Positions 46,946 to 55,882 of a stretch of DNA of 64,000 bases are shown here, piece by piece; position 1 is the first letter of the stretch; each line of letters opens with the position of its first letter. The DNA is taken from NCBI GenBank assembly GCA_020724805.1, contig DYGI01000001.1:111157-175156 (forward strand), written 5' to 3'. Made by a program: the position numbers and the translations under genes. A model generated the notes under the pieces. It had not been told where the DNA came from. It was given only the letters and a program-made list of their open reading frames with translations, and did not search any database. Source of the DNA: Candidatus Microgenomatus sp. Its GTDB lineage: Bacteria > Patescibacteriota > Minisyncoccia > UBA6257 > GWB1-50-10.

Positions 46946-47524
46946 ATGCAAATTTTAACTGACATAATTAATGCACTGAATAGTTATTCAGATACTATTA
47001 CGGCGATTTCAGCTGTAATCGTTGCTGTTTTGGCTCTATTTGGTTTGCGGGAATGGAAACTACAAACAAAGGGAAAAACAAACTACGAAATCGCACGAAG
47101 GTATTTAAAGGCGGCCTTACGATTAAGAGACGAATTAAAATACGTTAGGAACCCATTTATTCCTCTTTCGGAAACAAACGACGCTCTGAAGGAAAGCGGC
47201 ATTGAAAGTAAGGACCATTTAGACGAAAATCGAGCGGTCTATTCGCGTCGGTGGAAAAGAGTTCAAGAGGCCTGGACGAATTTAGAAATCGAGCTTCTCG
47301 ACGCAGAAGTATCTTGGGGAAACATTGCGGTTTCCGCCTCTAAACCATTGCTTGATGCCACGAAAAAGCTTTTTGCCGCTCTAACAATGTATCTAGATGG
47401 TCAGGGTCGAGATGATAAGTTGATTTATAATCATGGAAGCCTTGAAAAACCCGACGAATTTTCAGGGCAAGTTGACCAAGCAATCGAGCAAATTCGGGAT
47501 TTCCTACGCCCCCATCTACTTTGA
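46946..47524 (+). CDS. hypothetical N-anchored helical protein (AT-rich islet)
   Basis: 192 aa, N-terminal TM; low-GC codon usage. Confidence 0.4.
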   Translation: MQILTDIINALNSYSDTITAISAVIVAVLALFGLREWKLQTKGKTNYEIARRYLKAALRLRDELKYVRNPFIPLSETNDALKESGIESKDHLDENRAVYSRRWKRVQEAWTNLEIELLDAEVSWGNIAVSASKPLLDATKKLFAALTMYLDGQGRDDKLIYNHGSLEKPDEFSGQVDQAIEQIRDFLRPHLL

Positions 47525-47538
47525 AATTTCAATGGGAA

Positions 47539-47575
47539 CACCCGCCGAGAGGCGGGTGTTTATTTACCCCTCACC
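47539..47575 (+). terminator. hairpin + T-tract terminator module, copy 1
   Basis: CACCCGCC-GAGA-GGCGGGTG then TTTATTT then ACCCCTCACC. Confidence 0.45.
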
Positions 47576-47604
47576 GCGCAAAAAGGTGTAAAATTACAAT
47601 TGAT

Positions 47605-47847
47605 ATGAATTGGCTAGAGAAAAATTGGTTTAAAGCCTCTGTCGTAGTAATTCTTATTATCACAATCGGTGGCAGTTTCTATTGGTTTCAGTGGAGACCG
47701 AGAAAAATTAGAGTTGAGTGCAATGATTCTGCATTCAGGTCTTCGATGGAATCGTACGATGCGACGTCATTTACGCAAAGCGGGAGAATGGATTTGAAAG
47801 ATAAATTTTATAAAGATTGTTTAAGATACAACGGCTTTGAGGAATAG
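47605..47847 (+). CDS. small membrane protein (AT-rich islet)
   Basis: 80 aa from the internal ATG (MNWLEKNWF), one TM helix. Confidence 0.35.
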   Translation: MNWLEKNWFKASVVVILIITIGGSFYWFQWRPRKIRVECNDSAFRSSMESYDATSFTQSGRMDLKDKFYKDCLRYNGFEE

Positions 47848-47860
47848 CCCTTAATTAGAA

Positions 47861-48073
47861 ATGGGATTTTTTAGATCTTTTTTCGGTCACAAAATAATTT
47901 GTCCACACTGCAGCGAAGAAATTGAAGTAAAGTCTGCCAAGGAAATGGGCCAGATTGAATTGCTAGGAAAGGACATGGAAGGTTATATCCATCTACTACA
48001 CAAAGGACAATGTGGCGCGCATATTATTTGGAACACTCTTTCTGGAAAAGCCGAGCTCGGAGAAAATTCTTAG
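47861..48073 (+). CDS. small zinc-ribbon-like protein (AT-rich islet)
   Basis: 70 aa with CPHC...C..H pattern. Confidence 0.35.
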   Translation: MGFFRSFFGHKIICPHCSEEIEVKSAKEMGQIELLGKDMEGYIHLLHKGQCGAHIIWNTLSGKAELGENS

Positions 48074-48085
48074 CCTGACCTAGAT

Positions 48086-48460
48086 ATGTTCAAGGAGAAA
48101 TTTGATAAAAAATTTCCTGAAGCAAAAATACTTCGGGAAATGGAGCTGAAGCGCGCATCACGCAATCTCTATAATCGATCCTCTTTCGGAAGAGCAACAT
48201 CCGTGATTTACTTTATCGTTGCTATAGCAAGCATTTTTGTATATTGGAATTTTTTTGAAGCGAACATTTCTCTTTCAATATTTTACGGACTGATTACTTG
48301 GTTTGTCGTCACATATATTTTTGACAAAATCCTTATTAAACTTTTCGGCGTAGGAAAAACCGTAAAAAAAGTAAATGACGAGGAAATAGAAGTTGCTGGA
48401 AAACAGCTTGAGGAAACATTGAAAGAAAAGGGCAAATCAATGGATGATTTTTTGAAATAG
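48086..48460 (+). CDS. small two-TM membrane protein (AT-rich islet)
   Basis: 124 aa; central hydrophobic helices, charged termini. Confidence 0.4.
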   Translation: MFKEKFDKKFPEAKILREMELKRASRNLYNRSSFGRATSVIYFIVAIASIFVYWNFFEANISLSIFYGLITWFVVTYIFDKILIKLFGVGKTVKKVNDEEIEVAGKQLEETLKEKGKSMDDFLK

Positions 48461-48495
48461 CTCACGCGTAGTAAAAAGTAGCTACTAACAAATGT

Positions 48496-48528
48496 CCGCC
48501 TCTCGGCGGGTATTTATTTACCCCACCC
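48496..48528 (+). terminator. hairpin + T-tract terminator module, copy 2
   Basis: CCGCC-TCTC-GGCGG then GTATTTATTT then ACCCCACCC; same trailing motif as copy 1 with the loop sequence complemented. Confidence 0.45.
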
Positions 48529-48594
48529 ACCCAGTGTGTCCCCCCTAGGTAGGGACGCTTGAGCTATTAGGGCCCGCTATTCAATTGTTTTTCT

Positions 48595-50205
48595 TTGTGC
48601 GATAGAGTGAATGAAATGCTCCGTGACGAAGTTCTGAAACTCGTACAAAAACACGCTCCGAAGGGGACGGCGGTAACGCTTTCCGTACCCGAAGACGCGC
48701 GTCTTGGTCACTATTCCACGAATGTGGCGTTCGCGCTTTCCAAAATAGAGAAAAAATCACCTTTGGAAATTGCCGAACGTATTGCGTCTGACGTTACAAG
48801 TTCCAAGTCCCCAGCCATTAGTCGCGCAGTCGCTGCCGCTCCGGGATTCATCAACTTTTTCCTCGCGCCCAAAGCACTCCATGAGGAATTGAACGCTATC
48901 GCAAAAGCGAAGAAGAATTATGGCCGGTCAAAAGTTAAAAGTTCCAAGTTAAAGGTTCAAGTCGAGTTCGTCTCCGCAAACCCGACCGGACCCCTCACGC
49001 TCGCGAACGGCCGCGGTGGATTTTTGGGTGACGTACTCGCGAACGTCTTGGAAAACGCAGGCGCCGCGGTGGAGCGCGAATACTATGTGAACGACACGGG
49101 GAACCAGATCTTCACGCTCGGGAAATCGCTCCTCGCTTCGCTCGGCTTCGTGCCGGACGATGAAACTTTATACAAAGGCGAGTACGTCTCCGAATGGGCC
49201 GCGAAGCACAAGAAGGACGTGGAGAAGATGCGCAAAGACCCCGCGAAGCTCGGTGAAAAAGCGGCGGGCGATTTTTTGAAACTCATCAAACGCGCATTGG
49301 AAAAGGAAGCACATATCAAGTTTGACCGGTACACGTCCGAGAAAAAGAACATCCACGCAAAAGGGTACGTAAAGAAAGCGCTCGCACTTTTCAAGAAGAA
49401 AGGCGTGACGTACGAGAAAGAAGGCGCCACGTGGCTCAAAACCACCGCGGAAGGGGATGACAAGGACCGCGTGCTCGTGACGGGCGGCGGCTTCCCCACG
49501 TACTTCCTCGCGGACGCGGGCCACTACCTCGAAACCAAAGAGCGCGGGTTCAAGGCGAAGATAAATATCCTAGGCCCCGACCACTACGGATACGTGGCGC
49601 GCATCCAGGCCGCCGCGAAGCTCGTGGGCCTCGCAAACTCCAAGGTGCTCATCACGCAGGCGGTGCGCCTCATTCGGGGCGGCGCGGAGGTGAAGATGTC
49701 GAAGCGCAAGGGGAACTTCGTGACGTTTGAGGAAGTGGTGGAAGAGGTCGGGGCGGACGCCGCGCGCTTTTTCTTCCTCTCCGTGGCGCCCGAGTCCCAC
49801 ATGGACTTCAACCTGGACCTCGCAAAGGAACGCTCCAACAAAAACCCCGTCTACTACGCCCAGTACGCCTACGTCCGCGCGAAGGCGGTGGTCGCAAAAG
49901 CCGGGAAGATCGCGGGCAAGCCCGACCTCTCTTTACTCAATACCCCCGACGACGCGGCGCTCCTCTTCCAGCTCTCCCGCCTCCCCGAGGTTCTCGCCGA
50001 CGCCGCAAATGACTACGCCGTCCACCGGCTTACGCAATACGCCTCTACCCTCGCCCGCGCATTCCACACCTTCTACGAAAAGGAGCACGTGGTAGGCGAA
50101 GCCCCCGCGCTCGCCGCCGCACGGCTCGCGCTCGTAAAGGGGAGCATTATCGTGTTTGAAAACCTTTTCCGCATTCTCGGTATCAGCGCTCCTTCAAAAA
50201 TGTAA
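48595..50205 (+). CDS. argS: arginine--tRNA ligase
   Basis: Class I HIGH-type motif (SANPTGPLTLANGRGG), Add-1 N-terminal domain, C-terminal DALR anticodon-binding domain; 536 aa. Confidence 0.9.
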   Translation: MCDRVNEMLRDEVLKLVQKHAPKGTAVTLSVPEDARLGHYSTNVAFALSKIEKKSPLEIAERIASDVTSSKSPAISRAVAAAPGFINFFLAPKALHEELNAIAKAKKNYGRSKVKSSKLKVQVEFVSANPTGPLTLANGRGGFLGDVLANVLENAGAAVEREYYVNDTGNQIFTLGKSLLASLGFVPDDETLYKGEYVSEWAAKHKKDVEKMRKDPAKLGEKAAGDFLKLIKRALEKEAHIKFDRYTSEKKNIHAKGYVKKALALFKKKGVTYEKEGATWLKTTAEGDDKDRVLVTGGGFPTYFLADAGHYLETKERGFKAKINILGPDHYGYVARIQAAAKLVGLANSKVLITQAVRLIRGGAEVKMSKRKGNFVTFEEVVEEVGADAARFFFLSVAPESHMDFNLDLAKERSNKNPVYYAQYAYVRAKAVVAKAGKIAGKPDLSLLNTPDDAALLFQLSRLPEVLADAANDYAVHRLTQYASTLARAFHTFYEKEHVVGEAPALAAARLALVKGSIIVFENLFRILGISAPSKM

Positions 50206-50217
50206 GAAAAAGGTATT

Positions 50218-50251
50218 GCTTCATTTTTGAACATATGCGTAAAAATGAAGC
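50218..50251 (+). repeat. perfect 11-bp AT-rich inverted repeat (hairpin) after argS
   Basis: GCTTCATTTTT - 12-nt loop - AAAAATGAAGC. Confidence 0.5.
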
Positions 50252-50263
50252 AGGAAAGAAAGA

Positions 50264-50323
50264 AGGTGGGGAGTAGGATAGGGAGTGGGATAGGGAATGG
50301 GATAGGGAGTGGAATGGGGAGGG
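50264..50323 (+). repeat. tandem 12-nt G-rich repeat (about 5 copies)
   Basis: GGATAGGGAGTG / GGATAGGGAATG / GGATAGGGAGTG / GAATGGGGAGGG preceded by GTGGGGAGTAG; lies in the convergent intergenic region. Confidence 0.6.
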
Positions 50324-50404
50324 AAAAGAGGAACTTTAGTTTACCGCTCCCGGTGGTTTTTTAAGCTTCAATCATGTCGTATATACGACATTGTTGAAGC
50401 TGAT

Positions 50405-51346
50405 CTAAAGGGTGAATGTCGTCATTTGGAACACGACGAAGAGTACGTATACGAAAACAAGGCCGATACCTTCAAGGCGCGTGAGCTTTTTATCCGTTTC
50501 GTAGAAGCGGTTCAGAACCGCGACAAGCACCAAAGTAAAAATAAGGAGGAGATAATACGAAGAGCCGACTTCTGTTGTCATTGGCTTCACAATCGCAAAG
50601 ATGCCGACGATTGCCGGGTTCGCGATGGTGGAGCCGATGAGGTTGGAGAGCGAGAGCTCCTCCACGTTGCGGCGCCACGCGCGGATGGCAACGATGATTT
50701 CCGGAAGATTCGTGCCAATGCCGAAGAGGACGATGCCGACGACGAAAGGAGAGATGCCGAAATCTTTTGTGAGCAGCAGCGTGACCTCAATGATGTAGTG
50801 GGAAATAACCAAAACCGCCGCGAGACCGAGTATGATGAAAAACGTTTTTTCCGCAATGCCGCGGACAGTGTCGTGGCGCTCAAACTTTTCGTGGGGTCCT
50901 CGCGCCAAGAGGTACCACAGCACGAGTCCGTACCCCACGAGGAGCGCAATGCCGTCCACGCGGCCCAAATTTCCGTCCAAGCCGAGAAGGAGGGGCGCCA
51001 TTACAAATACGACGATGGGGAGAAAGGTTCCCGGTTTCGCGCCCGTTTGTATATTGCGGTTCAGTATTGCGGAGAACCCAAGGACCAAGCCGAAAGTCAC
51101 AAGAATGCCGCCGAAAAGATTACCGAGCGAAAGCGCGCGAATATCAAGGAGAAGGGAATTTACGCCCACCGCGAGCTCGGGGAACGAGGTTAAGAATCCG
51201 AGGATAATGCCGAACGCAAATATTTTCACACCGAGCGCCATACCGAGGCGCTTCACGTTCGTGACAATGAGGTCCGCGGATTTGCCGAGGAGATAGAAAA
51301 GAATAACGAGCGCGAGGGAGAGGCCGAATGTTCCGAGGTCAGGCAT
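50405..51346 (-). CDS. CaCA-family Na+/Ca2+ (cation) antiporter
   Basis: Two alpha-repeat motifs (GKSADLIVTNV...SFPELAV and GTNLPEIIVAI), ~10 TM; start trimmed to MPDLGTFG. Confidence 0.75.
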   Translation of the reverse strand: MPDLGTFGLSLALVILFYLLGKSADLIVTNVKRLGMALGVKIFAFGIILGFLTSFPELAVGVNSLLLDIRALSLGNLFGGILVTFGLVLGFSAILNRNIQTGAKPGTFLPIVVFVMAPLLLGLDGNLGRVDGIALLVGYGLVLWYLLARGPHEKFERHDTVRGIAEKTFFIILGLAAVLVISHYIIEVTLLLTKDFGISPFVVGIVLFGIGTNLPEIIVAIRAWRRNVEELSLSNLIGSTIANPAIVGIFAIVKPMTTEVGSSYYLLLIFTLVLVAVLNRFYETDKKLTRLEGIGLVFVYVLFVVFQMTTFTL

Positions 51347-51396
51347 ACGAAAATAGTAGCAAGGAAGCCGATTTCTCGCTACAATTGGATTAACCA

Positions 51397-54300
51397 ATGC
51401 TTCGGAATTTCAAAGAATTTTCGTTGCCCGCAGTGGAAGAAAAGATGCTCGCCTATTGGCGGGCCAATCGTGTTTTTGAGGCGTCACTCAAGAAAACCGC
51501 GAAGGGCAAAAAATTCATTTTTTACGAAGGGCCGCCCACCGCGAACGGACGCCCCGGCATTCACCACGTACTCGCGCGCGCTTTCAAAGACATTATTCCC
51601 CGCTACAAAACGATGCGCGGTTTTCACGTGCCGCGCAAAGGCGGATGGGACACGCACGGACTTCCGGTGGAGATAGAAGTGGAAAAAGCGCTCGGGCTCA
51701 AATCAAAGAAGGAGATAGAAAAATACGGTATCGCCGCCTTCAATGCGAAGTGCAAGGAGTCGGTGTGGAAATACAAAGACGAGTGGGAGCGCCTCACCGA
51801 GCGAATGGGCTTTTGGCTCGATATGAAGCATCCGTACATCACGTATGAGAACCGGTACATAGAAAAGGTGTGGGGGATTTTGGCGCATGTTGCGAAGCAG
51901 AAATTGCTCTACAAAGGCCACAAGGTGGTGCCGTGGTGCCCACGATGTGGGACGGGGCTTTCTTCACACGAACTTGCCTTGGGGTACGAGACGGTGGATG
52001 ACACGTCGGTGTATGTGAAGTTCTACGCACCGAAACTCAAAGCCTCCATTCTCTCGTGGACCACGACGCCGTGGACGCTTCCAGGGAACGTGGCACTCGC
52101 GGTAGGGAAAGAGATCAAGTACGTAATCGCAAAAGTTGGAGGAGAAAATTATGTGGTGGCGAAAGAACGAACGGCCGAGGTGTTCAAAAATGAAAAATAC
52201 GAAATAGGGAAAGAATTACGCGGGAAAGACCTCGTAGGTCTCGCGTATGAGCCGCTTTTCGATGTTCCTACGCTCAAATCCAAGACCTCGTACAAGGTGT
52301 ATGCGGCGGATTTTGTAACCACCGAGGACGGCACCGGCGTGGTGCACACGGCGGTGATGTATGGCGAGGACGACTACCGACTCGGAATGAAGGCGGGTCT
52401 CCCCGCGCGCCACACGGTGGATGAAGCAGGGAAGTTCACAAAAGACGTGAAGGGGTTTGCGGGACTTTTTGTGAAGGCCGCGGAAACCGAGAAAAAAATC
52501 ATTGAGTACCTGAAAGTTAAAGGTTTATTGTTCCAAGTCAAAAGTTATTCTCATGAATACCCTTTCTGCTGGCGGTGTAAGACGCCATTGCTCTACTACG
52601 CGCGCGACTCATGGTTCATCGCGATGTCCAAGCTTCGCACGAAGCTTCTTTCGGAGAACAAGAAAATAAACTGGGTGCCGGCGCACCTGCGCGACGGCCG
52701 CTTCGGGGAATGGCTTCGCGAAGTGAAGGATTGGGCCATCTCCCGTTCCCGCTATTGGGGTACCCCACTTCCCATATGGGAGTGCGAAAAATGTGGGCAT
52801 ATGGATGTTTTAGGCAGCATGAAGGAGGTGCAAGAACGCGCCGCATGCCGCAACAAGTTTGTATTTGTGCGCCACGGCGAAGCGGACCATAACGTACTCG
52901 GGCTCTGCGGAACGTATGAAGATACTAAGAAATTTACTTCACACCTTACCAAGAAAGGAATTGTCGCCATTCGCCACACTGCGCGTGCGATGAAAAAATT
53001 GAAGCCTGACTATATCGTGACATCGCCGCTTGTCCGCACAAAAGAAACCGCCGCGATACTCCAAGAAATTTTAGGAGGAAAGATAGTAGTGGAGAAAGGT
53101 TTGCGCGAAATGAACGGTGGAAAATTTGCGGGGAAACCGGTCGAGGACTTTTACAAACTTTTCGGTGGCGAGCACGAAATATTCGAGAAAAATCCTCATG
53201 GGGGTGAAACGTGGCGCGATATCCAAAAGCGCATGGGAGATGTGTTCCGCGCCATGAATGACCGCTATCACGGGAAGACCATCATCGTAGTGGGTCACGG
53301 CGACCCATTGTGGATTTTGAAAGGGATGCTGGAAGGCGCAACAGATGAGGAGCAGCTTGCCCTTGATTACCCGGCAACTGGCGCTCGGTACGATATTCAA
53401 ACTGGCATGCTCCCGCGCGACGCTGAAGGACGCGTGGATCTCCACCGCCCATACGTGGACGATGTGACGTTCGCGTGCACGAAATGTAAGAAAGGGAATA
53501 TGAAACGCGTGCCGGAAGTATTGGATGTGTGGTTTGATTCGGGTGCGATGCCGTTCGCAGGCAACGCAGAAAATGGAAAATGGACAATGGAAAATTATCC
53601 GGCGGATTATATCAGCGAAGGAGTGGACCAGACGCGCGGCTGGTTCTACACGCTCCACGCGATAGGGGTGTTGATGGGGAAGGGCCGCTCGTACAAGAAC
53701 GTGGTCTCTCTTGGGCTTGTGCTGGATAAGAATGGCCAGAAAATGTCGAAGTCGAAGGGGAATACGGTAGATCCGTGGGCGATGATCGAAAAATACGGCA
53801 TTGATGCGGTGCGCTGGTATCTCTACACCGTGAACCCGGCGGGTGAGGCGAAGAAATTCGACGAGGCGGACATCGGCAAAACGCTCCGGCAGTTTCTGAT
53901 GATGGTCTACAATTCATGCCTTTTTTACGACACCTATGCGAATAAAAATGAAAATGGGAAATGGAAAGTGGAAAATGTTGATCATGTATTAGACCGGTGG
54001 GTGCTCGCACGACTTGCGGAGACCGAAGATTTTGCCACAAAATCGCTCGAGAAATATGAGGTAGGAGAAGCGGCGCGTGCGATAGAAGCGTTTGCCGGTG
54101 ATCTTTCGCGCTGGTATATTCGCCGCTCACGCCGGCGGCTGCAAAAACCCGAAAGCGACAAGGATTACCGTGCCGCGTCCGCGACGCTTGGCTACATACT
54201 CATGGAACTCGCCAAGCTTATAGCGCCCTTCGCGCCATTCTTCGCCGAAGCGCTCTATCTTTCGCTCGTACCACGTAAGAAAGGGAAGGTGGAAAGTGTG

Positions 54301-54846
54301 CATTTGGAAGCATGGCCGAAATCGGCAAAGCTGAAGGCGAGCGATAAAAAACTACTGAAGGAAATGGAAGAAGTGCGCCGGTTTGCAAGCATCGGTCTTG
54401 CGGTGCGGGCAGAGAAGGGCATCAAAGTGCGCCAGCCATTGAGCCAAATGAAAATTAAAGGTGGAAAATGGAACAATAAGGAGCTTCTCACCATCCTTGC
54501 GGACGAGGTGAATGTGAAAAAAGTCGCGGTGGATCCAAAACTCAAGGAGGAAATATTTATAGATGTAAATATTACCCACGAACTTTTGGAAGAAGGGTGG
54601 TTTCGAGAACTTACGCGCACCGTGCAGGGGATGAGGCAGGACGCAAACCTCACGCCGAAGGATATTGTTGTGGTGTATGCCGAAGTTCCGCCGGAACTTA
54701 CCCACGTCATCCGTTCCCGTGAGAAGGAGTTCAAGCGGGAGGTGAATGCACGCGCAGTGGAATTCGCGCGCGGGAAAAAACATCATGCCGAGCTCCAAAC
54801 GAAAATAGGGGAGTTCCCCGCGTGGCTTGCGGTGAAGAAAATCTAG
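51397..54846 (+). CDS. ileS: isoleucine--tRNA ligase (type 2) with an inserted histidine-phosphatase (PGAM-like) domain
   Basis: PPTANGRPGIHH (HIGH), WDTHGLPVE, CP1 editing region, KMSKSKGN; between the Zn-knuckle halves CEKCGH and CTKCKK is a ~200 aa segment with FVFVRHGEADHN (RHG) and IIVVGHGDPLW (catalytic His), i.e. a complete histidine phosphatase branch-1 fold. Confidence 0.9.
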   Translation: MLRNFKEFSLPAVEEKMLAYWRANRVFEASLKKTAKGKKFIFYEGPPTANGRPGIHHVLARAFKDIIPRYKTMRGFHVPRKGGWDTHGLPVEIEVEKALGLKSKKEIEKYGIAAFNAKCKESVWKYKDEWERLTERMGFWLDMKHPYITYENRYIEKVWGILAHVAKQKLLYKGHKVVPWCPRCGTGLSSHELALGYETVDDTSVYVKFYAPKLKASILSWTTTPWTLPGNVALAVGKEIKYVIAKVGGENYVVAKERTAEVFKNEKYEIGKELRGKDLVGLAYEPLFDVPTLKSKTSYKVYAADFVTTEDGTGVVHTAVMYGEDDYRLGMKAGLPARHTVDEAGKFTKDVKGFAGLFVKAAETEKKIIEYLKVKGLLFQVKSYSHEYPFCWRCKTPLLYYARDSWFIAMSKLRTKLLSENKKINWVPAHLRDGRFGEWLREVKDWAISRSRYWGTPLPIWECEKCGHMDVLGSMKEVQERAACRNKFVFVRHGEADHNVLGLCGTYEDTKKFTSHLTKKGIVAIRHTARAMKKLKPDYIVTSPLVRTKETAAILQEILGGKIVVEKGLREMNGGKFAGKPVEDFYKLFGGEHEIFEKNPHGGETWRDIQKRMGDVFRAMNDRYHGKTIIVVGHGDPLWILKGMLEGATDEEQLALDYPATGARYDIQTGMLPRDAEGRVDLHRPYVDDVTFACTKCKKGNMKRVPEVLDVWFDSGAMPFAGNAENGKWTMENYPADYISEGVDQTRGWFYTLHAIGVLMGKGRSYKNVVSLGLVLDKNGQKMSKSKGNTVDPWAMIEKYGIDAVRWYLYTVNPAGEAKKFDEADIGKTLRQFLMMVYNSCLFYDTYANKNENGKWKVENVDHVLDRWVLARLAETEDFATKSLEKYEVGEAARAIEAFAGDLSRWYIRRSRRRLQKPESDKDYRAASATLGYILMELAKLIAPFAPFFAEALYLSLVPRKKGKVESVHLEAWPKSAKLKASDKKLLKEMEEVRRFASIGLAVRAEKGIKVRQPLSQMKIKGGKWNNKELLTILADEVNVKKVAVDPKLKEEIFIDVNITHELLEEGWFRELTRTVQGMRQDANLTPKDIVVVYAEVPPELTHVIRSREKEFKREVNARAVEFARGKKHHAELQTKIGEFPAWLAVKKI

Positions 54847-54859
54847 TATACTACGCACA

Positions 54860-55474
54860 ATGTGGCAGGGCTTCCACGAAAGCTACCAAGCAGGAAAAGA
54901 CCTTGAACAAGGTCTTTTAGGGACGGAACGGCATCTTGCTCCGGAGGGAAAAGTGCGACACGTTGAGTTTGAGGGAGAGGTAGAGCAAGTTGAGGGGTAC
55001 CTTCCGTTTGAGGCGGCAGTTCAGAGCGCGAAGGAAAGGAAAACCTTTTCTCCTACCGATCCGGAGCCGGAATTTGCGAACGATCTCCACGCAACTATAG
55101 GGGAAATGTTAGGGCTTAAGGATTTGGGACAATTGGAATACTACACTGCACTCGCGCCAGAAGGATCGCCGCTCACCTCATTGGATTTTGATCACGGCGT
55201 GGACGCATTTTTTGAGCTAAAAACCCCTGGAGAATCTGGTCAGGAACGCGTGACTCTCGATATCTCATTGCGCGACAAAGAACGCGTAAAGGCGGACGTA
55301 TTGTTACGGCTCTCTCCCGATTTTTCCCCTCCATCTACAAGATATGAACGGAAGATGATGTCGCCGGAGGAAAAGCAAATGTACCATGAAGCGCTTACGG
55401 GCTTCGCTCAGGAGATTATTGACAAATTCTTTGAAAAAATGCAGACTAAAAAAACGTCAGCCAAAGTTCATTGA
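54860..55474 (+). CDS. hypothetical acidic protein
   Basis: 204 aa ORF starting 14 nt after ileS; no motif recognised. Confidence 0.35.
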   Translation: MWQGFHESYQAGKDLEQGLLGTERHLAPEGKVRHVEFEGEVEQVEGYLPFEAAVQSAKERKTFSPTDPEPEFANDLHATIGEMLGLKDLGQLEYYTALAPEGSPLTSLDFDHGVDAFFELKTPGESGQERVTLDISLRDKERVKADVLLRLSPDFSPPSTRYERKMMSPEEKQMYHEALTGFAQEIIDKFFEKMQTKKTSAKVH

Positions 55475-55639
55475 CAAAAGGAACGGTATGGAGAAAAAGC
55501 TCAATCGGAAAAAAGAGAAAGATCTGAAGCGGAAACTTCTGGGAACCATCAGAAAGAAGCCCGATTCCCCACACCCGAAAGGCGAAAAGAAAGCGAATTG
55601 AACATGCAGCCCACCAAGCAATCGGTGGGCTGTACTCTT

Positions 55640-55879
55640 TTAGTCCATCCAGCGCCTGAGGAATCTCCCTTCCTTGTCACGGAATTGACCGAGGACGATG
55701 AAGATGAAGTCGATGACGACCCAGATGCCGAGGCCGCCCGCGGTGATTATCATGAGAATGCCGGTGCCGATTTTCCCCACGTAGAAGCGGTGGATGCCGA
55801 GCCAACCGAAAAAGCCGCAGAAAAGTGCGGCGGCGAGGCGTAGCTTCGGTGAGATTTCGGCGTGGTGCGTGGTTTCCAT
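55640..55879 (-). CDS. TM2 domain-containing small membrane protein
   Basis: 79 aa; GWLGIHRFYVGK motif and two TM helices characteristic of the TM2/NINE family. Confidence 0.6.
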   Translation of the reverse strand: METTHHAEISPKLRLAAALFCGFFGWLGIHRFYVGKIGTGILMIITAGGLGIWVVIDFIFIVLGQFRDKEGRFLRRWMD

Positions 55880-55882
55880 AGT

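Larger units (their letters stand above)
46866..48545. mobile_element. low-GC islet (putative remnant integrative element) preceded by a tmRNA 3'-end-like sequence
   Basis: GC content drops visibly compared with flanking DNA; 46881-46920 (plus strand) is a diverged copy of the last ~38 nt of ssrA with a compensatory T-stem; contains four small ORFs and two copies of a hairpin+TTTATTTACCCC module; no integrase present. Confidence 0.4.

Noticed and set aside
50264-50323. Possible CRISPR array
   Set aside because: Units are 12 nt with no spacers, i.e. a simple tandem repeat, and no cas genes are present
50309-51193. 294-aa plus-strand ORF rich in D/E/R
   Set aside because: Antisense to the CaCA antiporter, which has the conserved alpha-repeat motifs and TM topology
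55386-55601. 71-aa lysine-rich ORF
   Set aside because: First half overlaps the preceding 204-aa ORF; the remaining 37-aa basic peptide has no recognisable homology
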